Assembly (NCBI RefSeq): GCF_006345805.1
Contig: NC_043005.1
Coordinates: 58,094,001 to 58,158,000 of the forward strand
From: Octopus sinensis
Lineage: Eukaryota
Reading direction: 5' to 3'
DNA length: 64,000 nt
A program made the translations under genes and the position numbers. Under the pieces are notes generated by a model. The model made no database searches. It was not told the DNA's origin and worked only from the letters and a program-made list of their open reading frames with translations. Shown in pieces: positions 27,063-41,170 of the stretch. Positions within the stretch are counted from its first letter, which is position 1; every line of letters starts with the position of its first letter.

Positions 27063-28061
27063 TTTCTTCAAACTGCTAACCTAACAATGACTAACCTTTG
27101 CAGATTAAAAGATCAGCTTTTACATTAAAAACACAAAAATATAAATGTAAAAGGGGGAAAAAAAGTTCATTACACACACACACTCACGCACAAACATACA
27201 CATTTCTTTCTTGTACGCATCTGGTAAAAAGTTTTCATCTGAAATTCTTGTAGTGAAACAAATATTGAATCATGTGGCTGAAATCAGTGAACAGGTCACA
27301 GAAAATTTAATGCAAAGAAAGTGATACACGGAATAAAATAATTAAACACATACAAATATTAATAATGTTTAAAAATAATTAGATTGTGGATATAAACTAT
27401 TTATAAAAATGAATCTTCTTAAAAGCAACTAATGTACATCATCATCATCATCGTCATCTTTTAATGTTCTCTTTTCTGTGCTTGCATGGGCAAGATGGAA
27501 TTTGTTGAGGCAGACTATTTTTTTTATGATTGTTTCCAGGCAAGGTAACATTTCTCCATGGCCAGACATATTTCTCATGGAAAATTGAAAATGAACAACA
27601 TTACTTGTATGATGATGATGATACCCATTTACAACCAGTATGTCATATCAAGATAAAGGTATGCACATACACATGTTGCAAGCCTGCAAAAGGGATGCAG
27701 GGGACATGCCTGTATGCAAGGACAACCTCGATTTTATGATTTTACTTAGCTTGACGTGTCCTCTCAAGCACAGCAAACCACCAGGAATCTTGGTCCTCTG
27801 CCATCCCTTCTGTGAAGCCCAGCATCTGAAGATCCTTTTCCACTACTTTGTCCCTTTTTTTCCTGGGTCTCAATTTTACTTAGGAATAAGAGTGGCTGTG
27901 TGGTAAGCAGCTTGCTTATGAACTGCATGGTTCCCGGTTCAGTCCCACTGCGTGGCACCTTGGGCAAGTGTTTTCTTCCATAGCCTCAAGCCAACCAAAG
28001 CCTTGTGAGTGGATTTGGTAGACAGAAACTGAAAGAAGCCCGTCGTATATATGTATATATA

Positions 28062-28123
<62 letters not shown>

Positions 28124-29046
28124 CAAAAGAGACTGATAGAATAAGTACTAGGCTTACAAAGAATAAGTCCTGGGGTTGATTTGCTCGACTAAAGGCGGTG
28201 CTCCAGCATGGCCACAATCAAATGAATGAAACAAGTAAAAGAGTAAAAAGAGTATGTCTTCTCAAGTACAGCAAACCATCAGGAGTCTCAGTCCCCTGTC
28301 ATCTCCTCTATGAGGCTCAACACACACGACACACTTCCAGTTTCTGCCAGTAAAATCCCCCCACAAGGTTTTAGTTGACCCAGGGCTATAGTGGAAGGTA
28401 CTTGCCCAAAGTGTCACACATTGAGATTGAACCCAAGACCAAAAGGTTATGAAGCAAGCTTCTTAGCCACACTAGTATAGGCAGATATTTCATTATGGTC
28501 AGACGTCAATCCTTAGCTTTTATAAGAAAGCCAACTGTTTCATTTTGTTAGTTACCGCACATCTTCTGAACTACAGTATGTTTGTTCACAGGAGAAAATA
28601 AACAATAACATTCTTTCACTTAGTGCTCATGATAACACATTGAGATGATATTTACACACACACACACACATATATGTATATATATATACACACATATGGG
28701 ATTCCTTGCAGTTTCCATTTACTAGTTTCACTTACAAGGCATTAGGAGAACACCTCATCCCACAATGTCCTGCAGTGGGAAAGAACCTGAAGTTATATAG
28801 TTGCAAAGTGAACATCATAACTACACAGGCATACCTGAGCCTACATACACACAGACACATATACCAGTTATTCTTTTACTGGGTTCAGACATCAGACTGT
28901 GGCCATATAGAGACCCAACCTTCAACTGGTTCTCATCAATTATATTGTTCCCAGTATTTTGTCTGGTACATATTCTATTGATCTTGGGAAGAGAAAAGAC
29001 AAAACAGACTTGGAGATCTGAATTCATAATGTAATGGGGATGTAAC

Positions 29047-29499
29047 GATTTCTTTACTACCTGCAAGGGACTAAACACAGAGAGGACAAACAAGGATAGA
29101 CAAACGTATTAAGTTGATTATATTGACCCCAGTGTGTAACTGGTACTTATGTAATCGACCCCAGTGCGTAACTGGTACTTATGTAATCGACCCCGAAAGG
29201 ATGAAAGGCAAAGTCGACCTCGGTGGAATTTGAACTCAGAACATAGTGGCAGACGAAATACCTGTTTCTTTACTACCCACAAGGGGCTAAACACAGAGGA
29301 GACAAACAAGGACAGACAGACGGATTAAGTCGATTATAACGAACCCAGTGAGTAACTGGTACTTAATTTATCGACCCCGAAAGGATGAAAGGCAAAATCG
29401 ACCTCGGTGGAATTTGAACTCAGAACGTAACGGCAGATGAAATATCGTTAAGCATTTCACCTGGCGTGCTAACGTTTCTGCCAGCTCGCTGCCTTACAT
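29047..29499 (-). mobile_element. Dimeric SINE family B with an extra internal duplication of about 33 bp and a 13-bp TSD
   Basis: atggggatgtaac at 29034-29046 and 29500-29512; the body is repeated head to tail. Confidence 0.9.
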
Positions 29500-32393
29500 A
29501 TGGGGATGTAACTAAATACCACAATTCTGTTCCTGCTGCATAAACATACCCAGAGATGCATACACATACATACATCTAGGTGTAAAAATGGGAGAAAATG
29601 AACTCTAAACAGGAGAGTTTATTTGTTTAAAGTTGATGATGCACGCCATCACTGAATTAAGCACATCTAAGTCATATATTGCATTTGAAGTCTTGATTTT
29701 TCTAAGCAAATAAGTAACTGAGATCTCTGGTCCATTGCAAGCATGCAGAGATCCCTTTGTTACAATGCAGTCTTGAGTGGGCATTTTCTACTGTAGGCTC
29801 AAGCCATCTAATCCCTTGTAAGTATATAAATGGTTGGAGGACTGTAAGGAAGCCCATTGTTTGTGTGTAAATGTTTTTATTCCATGTCATTGCATAAAAA
29901 GTATTGAACAGAAAAAAAAGGATGTTTATTGATATTCCCAAATAACAATCCATCCTGTAGCTTTGCACTTTCCAAGGTGAATGAAATAAAAGTCTGTTAA
30001 TTTGCATAACAAGTAAGGGTTAGTGACAGCAAGGGTATCTCACTAAACTAATTTCTCAAAAGATATGCTTACAACCCATACTAGCAAGGAAAAGCTTACA
30101 ACTCATACTAGCAAGGAAAAATCAATGCAAAACAAATGAAATAGTATTTTCCCAGCCAGTCTAACAACTACGATAATCATGAGTAAAACACAATACATGT
30201 GGTTAATGGTTCCATAAAGAACAGGAGAACTGTTAATATATTTTATTTTTTCTTGAGTTTTAGGACATAAGCTTTTCTTGGTTTCCATGGCATATAAATG
30301 ACTGAGATCCCTGGTCCATAGCAGGACTCAAGATCAGCAATTTTTGAGGGGAAGGGGATAAGTCACATCAACCTCAGTACTTGACTGATGCTTTATTTTA
30401 TTGACCCCAATGGGATGAAAGAACAAAAGTGACCTCAGCAAAATTTGAACTAAGGAAGCAAGGGGCTGGAAGAAATGCTGCTAAGCATTTTGTCCAATAT
30501 GCTAATGATTCTGCAAGCTCGTTATCTTTTAAGAAAGGAATACATTTCATTAAATCAACACTACTATTATTTGACTTGTACTTCTTTTATCAACACTAAG
30601 ATAATGAAAGCAGAAATTAACACCAAAAGGATTTGAACTTAGAATAGGATGGGGCATTTCTAAATACTATTTAGGATTTTGTTCTGCATTTTATCAATCC
30701 TGTTATTAAAAATTCCCTATATAAGCACAAGGCTAGAAATTTGGGGAGTGAGAAGAAACAATTGCATTGATGCCAGCACTTGACTGTAACTTATTTCATT
30801 GATACTTGAAGGATGAAAGACAGCGTTGACTTGGCAGGATTTGAACTCAGAATGTAAAGAGATGAAAGAAATAGAGTGAGACATTTTACCCAACCCTCTG
30901 ACTATTCTGTCAATCTATCACCCTCTGTGTCAAGTACTACAGTCAATACAATTTATTATACCTTCTCTTCTAAATTCGATGCTTATGTCTAAGAAATCAA
31001 TATAAATAAAAAGTTCAATATTGAAATAGTTTATTTTCATTGTATTTTCTAGCTTGACCATTAGGTTTTGTTATTGCTTTAATTAAAGGGCCAGTTATTG
31101 ATTACACTGGGCTTGTTCAGCGTATGTAAACACCCGTGCAGTAAAGCACCTCAATAGCAGAGGATTTTATTTGTGCATAAACAGATACTTATGTCGTCAT
31201 AGAGGTAATGTTAATATGTATAGGAGTGATATAACATTACTCTGCTTTATCTAGACAACAGTCTTAATCTAATAAAATATTTGAATTTCTAAATAAATGT
31301 ACTTCCTTTATTCCTCCACAATTGACAGTTGGTATTGGTATGAAAAGAAAACAAGGTTTATGGTTTCCAATTCCTTTCAGTTAGTATTACATCTGAATTT
31401 TGGATGTGGTAATTCATTATAAGTAAAAGTACTTATAGAATCCAAGAATTTATCCAATCTTTTATTCCTATAGTTTGGTTAACTATAGTTACTTTTATTC
31501 TGTCCAATTGATTCCTCAATATTTTCCTTACTAAACAGTTCTTCTGCTTGGCCTGATTTTCCACAGAAGTTCAGAAATATCATCTTGCATTTCATCAAAA
31601 TCAGAGGTTTATAATGTTGAAGTGATTTTGAATTCATTTGGGAGAATTTGAATTTATTCTGTCAATAGGGTTTTGTGTTAAAGCAATTAATTATTTTCGG
31701 TATCTTGCATTTGGTTTCTACCATAGAACGCCAAAATTTCTGTTGAGTTAAACTAAAAAATGAAAATGATCTCTTATTTCCCCATCTATTGTGATGGTAT
31801 TTCTGAAATTCTATTTACCATGTTTTCATCCAATTTTCTATAAGAATTCTGTTCACTTGTTGGGTTAGATTGTGTTTGACCTTGTTTTGAATTGTCTTTT
31901 GAGTTATATTTCCTATTTCTTTGCATATAATGGTTTCTCTGATTCTGTGAAACATTCTGTATTGATGAATAGGAACTTGTCTCCTCTAATAAAGTTGTTT
32001 CCTCATCTAAGTCTTTCGGAATTAACAAGATTGTTTTTGTATACATTACAACTATTGGTTTTCCTGTTTGGCACTTGTTTAACTACTTGCACATAGGATT
32101 TGCAGATTTTCATTTATTTCATGAACTCTCCTTTTGACATTCTTCTTTCCAAATTTAATGTTACTACATAGTGAGCAATTGAGTTTATTTGAAATTTCCA
32201 CTTCCATTTACTCCTTAATTAATTTCGTAATAATTTGATTTCCTTTCTGAATGTAGCTAGTGCCATCTTTTTCCTAAGTCTTCTTTGTTGCTTAGGGTCA
32301 CCATGAATAAGCTTAAGAAGTAATTTTCTTGGATGAAAGACAGGTGTTGAATTAATACACTTTTTATACAGTTCCTTTGACTAGTTAGTAATA

Positions 32394-32424
32394 TCAGAAC
32401 ACAATCTCCTTAACATCCTGTTGT
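32394..32424 (-). CDS. Candidate alternative terminal exon (QQDVKEIVF*) followed by about 1.4 kb of SINE-free 3'UTR-like sequence
   Basis: Strong acceptor tgtctgttatttctcttttcag|A with phase-2 entry matching exon 57596. Stop at 32394-32396, with downstream minus-strand AATAAA motifs (e.g. plus-strand tttatt near 31030, 31307, 31460). Confidence 0.4.
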
Positions 32425-32449
32425 CTGAAAAGAGAAATAACAGACAATA

Positions 32450-33340
32450 CACAACAGAGTGTAAGCACCTTGAGAAAAAAGTTGGACCTAAGAAGCATCA
32501 GATGTGGTGTGCAATAGAGACAACTGCGCTGGTATGGTTATGTAGTGCGAATGGATGAGGACAGCTGTGTGAAAAAGTGTCACACCCTAGCAGTTGAGGG
32601 AATCTGTGGAAGAGGTAGACCCAGGAAGACCTGGGATGAGGTGGTGAGGCATGACCTTCAAACATTGGGCCTCACCGAGACAATGACTAGTGACCGAGAC
32701 CTTTGGAAATATGCTGTGATTGAGAAGACCTGGCAAGCCAAGTAAGACCATAACCCATGGCCTGCCAGTGGTGTAACCAGCCTACTTATGCATACCTTTC
32801 TTTCGTTGGACACTATACTTTGCTTGCGAAAACCTGTTAAGCCAAGTGAAATTACAATCAAAATTACTGATGTTGCCATGACAGCACCGCCTAACTGGCA
32901 CCTGTGCCAGTGGAACATTAAAACCACCATCCAAGCATAATCATTGCCAGGGCCACTGACAGACTCCCATGCCGGTAGCACATAAAAAGCACCATTCGAG
33001 CATGATTATTACCAGTGTCGCTTTACTGGCACGTGAAAAACAACATTCAAGCAAGGTTGTTGCCAGTGTCACTGGACTGGTTCCCATGCCAGTGGCACAT
33101 AAAGAACACCATTTGAGCATGGCCATCGCCAGTACTACCTGACTGGCCGTTGTGCCAGTGGCACATAAAAGCACCCACTACACTCTCGGAGTGGTTGGCA
33201 TTAGGAAGGGCTGTAGAAACTCTGCCAGATCAGATTGGAGCCTGGTGCAGCCATCTGGCTCACCAGTCCTCAGTCAAATCATCCAACCCATGCTAGCATG
33301 GAAAGTGGACGTTAAGCGATGATGATCATGGTGATGATGA
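32450..33340 (+). mobile_element. 5'-truncated RTE-clade LINE (ORF2 C-terminus, 3' UTR and (GAT)n tail)
   Basis: LRWYGYVVRMDEDSCVKKC...GRGRPRKTWDEVVRHDL...DRDLWK...* is a classic RTE ORF2 end. The UTR has about 5 ggcacataaaaagcacc-type subrepeats. Confidence 0.9.
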
Positions 33341-36300
33341 ATATAATCCATGTTTCTATCTCTAAAAACATGTGATAGCCATAGCTGGAATGTTTGTGAT
33401 CAGAAGTTTACTTGATCAGGAGTAACTTGAGGCTAAACAACATTATCAAAATTGATCTTATGAGGAAACTTGCAATGGATCATCATCATCACCGTTTAGC
33501 ATTTTCTTTTCATGCTGGCATGGGTTAAATGGTTTGACTGAAATTGGTAAACTAGAGAGCTGCACAAGGTTCCAATCCAATTTGGTATGGTTTCTATGGC
33601 TGGATGCCCTTCCTAGTACCAACCACTCCAAGTGTGTAATGGGTACTTTTTATGTGCCACTGGCACAGGTGCCAGTTACATGACACCAGCATTGGCCACA
33701 ACCATGCTTTCAGTTGTTGGCTTGATGAGTGTTCTCAAGCACAGCATATTGCCAAAGATCTCAGTTATTTGTCATTGCCTCTGTGAGGCCCAACGCTCAA
33801 AGTGTACACTTTCATATCCATAGTTGACAGACACTAAAACTGAATTGAAGGTAGCAAGTCTGGATTAAAAAAAAATTTTTTAATCAACATCTCCACTTCA
33901 GGAGATCAAATACTGATGCTAACACATCACTGTTGTTGTTGTTGTTAAGCAACAAGATGGGTAAGGGTGATTAGGTGATGGTCTAGGGCTTAGGGGCGGG
34001 AGACCCCAGACCTTGGAAAAAAAAAACAACTTTGGTCATCTTGTTGTAGTCAAGGGCTCTTTGTTGATGCACGACACCCCTAGGAGGTGGCCCTCGAAGT
34101 CACTGGAAATGGAGATTTCCAGGTCCAAATTCTTGAACGGCAGCACATCACTGTGCCAGCAACTGCAATTCTAGCATCCAATTCAACCGTTTGCCTCCCA
34201 TTACTTGTGAGTATGGTCCCATGAAAGTTAAACTACTTCTTTTGTTCCACACAAGAACACTTATGCCAAGATATGGAGGTGAAATATTTGTAACAAAAGT
34301 TAGTGACTTACATATGAGTTACTCAGTTTCACGTGTAGAAGAGCATTTCTGATTGTTCCATTGCTGTTGATGTAAATAGCTAGATAGCCACAAGTTTTAA
34401 TGAAGGCTGAATGACATTGGACGATGTATATATTTCTCACCTATTAGTCAGCTCTGCTTACATGATAAGACTCAATAGCTGAATAATTGCTTGCTGTTGT
34501 AATTGATGCTGGACATCATTGAACAATTGTTGAATGAGGGACATCTATCATGCAATAAATACAATACAAGTAGCCCCCTTTCTTTAATTAGAAAAGTCCA
34601 GTAAATATTTTGAAAAATTTATGAAATAGAACTTTTAATTTATGGTTTAAAATTAATAGATAACTCCAGACAACAGTAATAAAGAAACTCATATTTGTTT
34701 ATGGAACTTTATGGATGCAGTGGGTAGTTTCAGTATGGGAAGTTCCTTGGAGATACAATGACAGCAGTTATGTACTCTGTGCAAATAATAAGAGACCTTG
34801 TCAGGTATGTTGGTTTTTACAGGGAAAGTTATTTCACTGGTCCAAATTCTCAAGGTAAAAATGACACAGGGGGTAGAATTTCTCCCAGGGCTTGAAGGAG
34901 TACACATGCTGAAGAAAGTTTCCTTTCAAGTTGTTGGTTGAATCCCATGTACTTTCTCAATAATTATATGTGAACTACTGACCAAACATTCAGTCAGTAG
35001 TTCACTGGTATAACCTCACAGCCAGTGTGTCTATATTCATAGAAACATATGCATACATATACACAAGCATACATTTCTATGCACATATATATACACATAT
35101 ATTCACTTACATTCATATGTCTGTACTTCCTGTCTGCTATCATGAATGGCCAGGAAATTACCCTCCTATTTCTGCTTCTTTATTGAGTTCAGTGTGTGTG
35201 TATCTATATATATATAACAGAGATTGAGACACTGTCTACCATGTTATGTTATGTGTGCATGTGCATATATGGCTGCATAAATGTATAAATAACCTACGTA
35301 TATCTTCCTACCTACATGTTACACATACAACAAAAGAACTTAACCTATTGATATAAGAATTACATTCTCACACCTACATATGTGCAAAAAAAGTTTGAAG
35401 TTATACATATTTCCCTCTCTTTCTCTCTCATACACACATATATATATATCCACATCCAATTCCATGTAAGAATTGCATTAATGTGTGGGTGTGTATATAA
35501 TTCTTACAGCAATATACTTTAATATAAGTATTGCATTAGTAAATACATGCACATAGACACACTCATGGCAGGAAATTATATTGAAGAGAATTTAGTTGAC
35601 AATATCTTTTTTGTCTCAGACAAATGTAGAGAGGGTCAGATATCAATGAAATCATTTTAATGTCCTGTTATATGTCGGTTAAAGACGGAAATTACCAAAT
35701 GGAAGAGAATAATTCTATTAAAATATAATGATGGAGGTACTGAAAGAAAATTTGAGAGAAAAAAAAAACCTTATGAAGAAGTAAACATCACAACAGAATA
35801 TATATTATCGATGCGAGAATAAATGGGACACTAGAGGAAATGCAATGTGGTAGTTAGTTAGGTCCCTTTACGTTCTGAGTTCAACTCCTACTGAAGTCGA
35901 CTTTGCTATTCATCCTTCTCTGAGTGTGATGGAGTGAGATGGGGGTGATAAAATGAAGTACCAAGTACCAGTCAAATGCTGAAGTTGATTTGATATATCT
36001 ACAATGTATCCTCAAAATGAATGAGAGTCTAAAAGAGGATGACAAAACTGTCTCCATCTTCAAATGTGTGGCCATAGATTCTTTTATTTGTTTCAGTCAT
36101 TTGACTGTGGCCATGCTGGAGCACTGCCTTTAGTCGAACAAATCAACCCCAGGACTTATTCTATCGGTCTCTTTTGCCAGTACTTATTCTATTGATTTCT
36201 TTTGCTGACCGCTAAATGATGGGAATGTAAACACACCAATACTGGTTATTAAGCAATGATGTTAGGACAAACACAGACACACAAACATATACTCACACAT

Positions 36301-36996
36301 ATATATACAACAGGCTTCTTTCAGTTTCCATCGACCAAATCCACTCACAAGGCTTTGGTCAGCCCGAGGCTATAGTAGAAGACACTTGCCCAAGGTGCCT
36401 CGCAGTGAGAAAGAGAACCCAGAACTATATGGTTGGTAAGCAAGCTACTTACCATGTAAAAAAAAAAAAAAAACATTACTGTAGTTATTATGATTATTAT
36501 TAAAGAGACAAACTGGTAAAATTGTTAGTGCATTGGACAAAACGTTTAGTGCTAATTTTTGTGGCACTTTACATTCAGAGTTCAAATTCTGCCACGGCTG
36601 ACTTTCCCTTGAGCACTTCCCCAAACTTTCTGGCCTTGTGCCAAAATTTGATATCATCATTATCATTATTACGGGGGTTGTTGGAATCAACCACCACCCC
36701 ACAACAAAATTGTTAACCTTATGCCAAAATTAGAAAGAATTACTATTATTGTTGGAGGTTGATGTAAGCAAGTAATCCCTCCTCCTAAAGCTGCTGGCCT
36801 TGAGCAAAAATTCGAAGTAATTAGAAATATTACATTTTGGATTCAAATCAAACCTGAGGTCGACTTTGCCTTTTAACCTTTAAGTAAAACTAAAAAAGAA
36901 AAAGTAGCAGTCAGGTACTGGGGCCACTGTAACTGGTTAATCCCTTCCTTGCTAGCCTTATACCAAAATTAGAAGGCAGTGAGCTGGCAGAATATT

Positions 36997-37537
36997 AAGA
37001 GAATCAGAAAAAATGCTTTTCATTGAGCTCTTTACATTCTAAGTTCAAATCCCACTGAAGTCAACTTTGACTTCCATCCCTTCAGGGTTTGATAAAGTAT
37101 TAATTTAAGCACTGAGGTTGACATAATTAACACCATCCCCTCAAAACAATTGGCTTTGTGTCGAAATTATACATACACACACTGAGCTTCTTTCAGTTCC
37201 TCTCGTCCAAATTCTCTTGCAAGGTTTTGGTTGATCTAGGGCTTTAGAAGATAGTTGCCCAAGGTGCCACAAAACAGGACCGAATCTGAAACCATGTGGT
37301 TGGGTAGCAAACTCCAGTCACACAACTAAGCCTATCTATGTTATTTCTAGTCATTTAATTTTTTATCATCATCAATACCATTCTGTATTTCCACAGTCTT
37401 CAATCATTATAGAAAATTCTTTTCCAAATATCATGCCCATCAGCCAATTGAAAAACCACCTGGGTGTCTTAATTTTTTCCATATATTTTGAATTACAGAT
37501 TTCCTGCACCACTCTTTAGGTTTTGTCAAAAGATCAG
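36997..37537 (+). repeat. Local duplication of about 540 bp, copy 1 (copy 2 at about 41171-41708)
   Basis: The same SINE B / SINE A / unique-sequence junctions occur in both copies with few differences, and both end at ggttttgtcaaaagatcag. Confidence 0.92.
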
Positions 37538-38916
37538 TAATGTGAAACTAAGTTGGAAAATATTAGAAGATGGCTTTAACGCACACATCTATACAACTCT
37601 TTCAATGGCAAGCACTCTTCTTCACACATATACACACCTTTGTTTACACTGGCAAGCTCATATAAATACACATGCATGTATGTCTGTGTATCATTATTAT
37701 GACGTATTTTAAAATCAACACAAATATTTAAAAAATTCAAACAGGAAATTAAATAAGTGATATTCTAAATCCAATTACCAGATTCAATTTATTCATTTTT
37801 TTAAAAAGCATTTTGTCAATGTTATGTTTGCTTGTCATATTAATGTTGTTATTTCCCTAAATGTGGTGGACTCATTAATTGAAATAATGCTTATTTTTCC
37901 TGTTGTATTTTAGAGGAGTCACATTTGACATTTATTCAACGTTTAGCTTTCTTTTATAGATAATATCAATTGTATATATTATGCAGGGTGTGTGTGTGTG
38001 AGTGTGTGTGAATATATGTATGAGAGCAACAATAGCTGCATAGTTCAGAAGTTCATTCTTCAACCATGTGGTTTAGGATTCTATCCCACTGCATGGAACA
38101 TGGGGCAAGTGATATCTACTATAGCCCTGGATTAACCAATGACTTGTGAGAGAATTTGGTAGCAGAAAACTGTATGAACCAATTCTGTCAGCCACATGAA
38201 ATTGTAGTCATGGTCGATGCCAGTGTCACAGAATTGGCACCTGTGCTGGTGGCACAGAAAAAGCACCCTTCGAAACTTTGGGCCTCATGGAGGCAGTGAC
38301 AAGTAACCAAGACATTTGGCAATATAATGTGCTTGAGAAGAGCTGTGAAGCCAAGTGAGATTGTAGTGGTGGCTGATTCCATTATCACACAACTGGCACC
38401 TGTGCCAGTGACATATAAAAAGCACCCACTACACCCTCAGAGTAGTTGGCATTAGGAAGGGCATTCAGCTGTAGAAACCATGCCAAATCAGACTGGAATC
38501 TGGTTCAGCTCCCCAGCTTAACAGTTTTCAGTCAAACCATCCAAATATGGACAATGGACATTAAATGATGGTTATATATATATATAATGTACTGTTCCTT
38601 TATTAGTTGACTCAAGAATAGTGTTGAGAGTGACTGCACAACCTGATGAAAGCAAACCAAGCCAAAAATTTGATATCACTGTGAATCCTATTCTTCATAA
38701 AGAATTGTACATCAGGCATGGCTGTGTGGTAAAAAGCTTGCTTCCCAACCACATGGTTCTGGGTTCAGTCCCATTACATGGCACCTAGGGCAAGTATCTT
38801 TTACTATAGCCTTGGGCTGACCAAAGCCTTGTGAGTGGATTTGGTACATGGAAACTAAAAGACGCCTGTTATGTGTGTGTGTGTATGCATGTATGTATGT
38901 ATGTATATATATATAT

Positions 38917-39198
38917 AATTGCAGCGTGGAAGGTGTTTGCAAGCCATTTAAGAAACACACAAAAGCCGTTTGATTCACTTCAACATTTAAGTTTAATTTG
39001 TCAAAATATTTTCGTCGCTAAAATCCGTGACCTGTTCACTGACAAAAATCCATGCTGCATCTCGGATTTTTGTCAGTGAACAGGTCGCGGATTTTAGCGA
39101 CGAAAATATTTTGACAAATTAAACTTAAATGTTGAAGTGAATCGAATGGCTTTTGTGCGTTTCTTAAATGGCTTACAAACACCTTCCACGCTGCAATT
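38917..39198. repeat. Near-perfect fold-back: 135-bp arms with a 12-nt loop, probably an inverted Penelope-like terminus inserted in (TA)n
   Basis: 38917-39051 is the reverse complement of 39064-39198, with 5 mismatches by my count, all transitions. Confidence 0.95.
39069..39118 (+). ncRNA. Minimal type-I hammerhead-like motif with a swapped G3-C8 core pair; mirror copy on - at about 38997-39046
   Basis: TTTGTCA-GTGAACA-G-GTCGC-ggatttta-GCGAC-GAAA-ATAT-TT-TGACAAA: 7-bp stem I, 5-bp stem II and a palindromic helix III loop. Confidence 0.6.
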
Positions 39199-39941
39199 GT
39201 TTTCGTTTCAGCACACGATCTCAGATCAAATCACTTGCTATGCGAGTACATCTCCGTAACTATATATATCATCAATCTATATATATATATAGCCCCAGCC
39301 CATTCAAAGTACCTTGGATCGCACAGGACGGCCTGCTGTATTTACCTTGAATCATGAGGCGACCTGCTGTGCGTGAGGAGACCTATTGAGTCAAGTACAT
39401 CAACATCAAAATAAAAATCAAATGGAAATTGTAGTTCTGATACCCGTGCTGGTGGCACGTAAAAAGCACCATCTGAACGTGGCCGATGCCAGCGCTGCCT
39501 TGGCTGGCTTCCATGCTGGTGGCACGTAAAATGCACCCGCTATACTCACAGAGTGGTTGGTGTTAGGAAGGGCATCCAGCTGTAGAAACACTGCCAGATC
39601 AGACTGGAGCCTGGTTCAGCCTCCTGGCTTTCCAGACCCCGGTCGAACCGTCCAACCCATGCTAGCATGGAAAACAGATGTTAAACAATGATGATGATGA
39701 TAATGATACATATGTGTGTGTGTCTTTGTGCCTGTTCCCACACCACTGCTTGACAACTGGTGCTGGAGTGTTTATGTCCTCATAAATTAGTGGTTTGACA
39801 AAAGAGATCAGTAGAATAAGTACTAAGCTTTAAAAAATAAGAACTGGGGTTGATCCATTTGACTAAAATTCTTCAAGATAGTGCCCCAACATAGCTGCAG
39901 TCTAATGACTGAAACAAGTAAAATATAATATATATATATAT

Positions 39942-40175
39942 GGTTAATCCAAACAAGAAAACACAGCAATGCAAGGACGTGGAACAATTAAAGTATTATT
40001 TGACGCTCAGGAAAGAAGGGAAGGAGTGCCATGTTGGACTGCTAAACTAACTATTTTTCTTCATTCTCTCCCTATTTGTTTCCTCTTATTCCTTTCTGTC
40101 AAAGAGCATAGGCTCAAACTAATAACTTGCTTCTTGTTCCTACACCTGTCTTTGTCTTTTGTCTTTCTATAAACT
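39942..40175. mobile_element. Penelope-like terminal fragments in inverted arrangement with a decayed hammerhead-like motif (about 40095-40120)
   Basis: 39942-40020 is the reverse complement of about 62866-62955; ctgtcaaagagcataggctcaaac is a decayed version of the 62831 motif. Confidence 0.55.
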
Positions 40176-41170
40176 TGGTTCATTGTGCTACTTCATTCAT
40201 GCTAGCATCAGTCTTACAAATATATTTTTGAGGTATTGTTTTATAGCTGCATACCCATCCAGTTACTATTATAACTTATGTTTTCAAGGTGTGTGTGTGT
40301 AATTTTGTTTTCAACAATCATGAACTGTTCTGTTAATTAGACTTAGATCCCTCCTCATCTTTGTATATATGAGCATTCACACGCATATCGAATTCTGATT
40401 CAACATCATTTTCTCCTCCATTTTTCTATGTTTATGATATATTTATAACGATATATTTATGATATATTTTTAACGATATCTTTCAACTATTATTTTCATA
40501 TTCTTATTTCTCGCTCTGGCTGTTTTTCATGAATATGATGAATCTTTATTAAAAATCATTTTTTTCTCTCTTTTCGGATCTCTCAAAAAGTTTGAATTGT
40601 TCTTTTTGAACTTATTTTTTCTCATATATTTTATTTTCATATATTTATATGTACACTTTATGTATGTGTGTTAATTCTGATGTAATATCTATAACATTAT
40701 GAAACAACTGTAAATGAATGGAATAAACATCTACTCTCTCACTTCACATATCTGTTCTATTTAGACACGCACACATGCATACACACTTGGATATCCATCA
40801 GAAGGAGATTCAGAGCAACACAGAATGTAACAAGGCTGACTTTTTGAATTACAGGCACAACTCAATTTTGCCAGCCAAGCAGACAGGAGCAACAAGAAAT
40901 AAAGTGTCTTGCTTAAGGACACAACATGCCACCAGGAATTGAACTCATGTCCTTATGATCATGAGCCAAATACTCTAACTACGAACCCACATGCCTTCAC
41001 TTGTTTGGATATAGATGAAGGTTGGTAACAGGAAGCATATGTGGCAGTAGAATATCTGTCTCATACAATAATGAAAAGGTGGGAGTTAAAACGATGATGA
41101 TGGTGGTGGTAATGAACACAACTACCATGCCTTTTCATCTAGCAACCATCACAAGAGTATTTTCTTTAGT

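Noticed and set aside
31786-32046. 86-aa N/Q/S-rich ORF
   Set aside because: No recognisable domain or flanking splice sites; consistent with A-rich UTR-like sequence.
37378-37458. Open phase 2-2 minus-strand segment (WFFNWLMGMIFGKEF...) in the duplicated block
   Set aside because: Purine-rich acceptor context and no supporting similarity.
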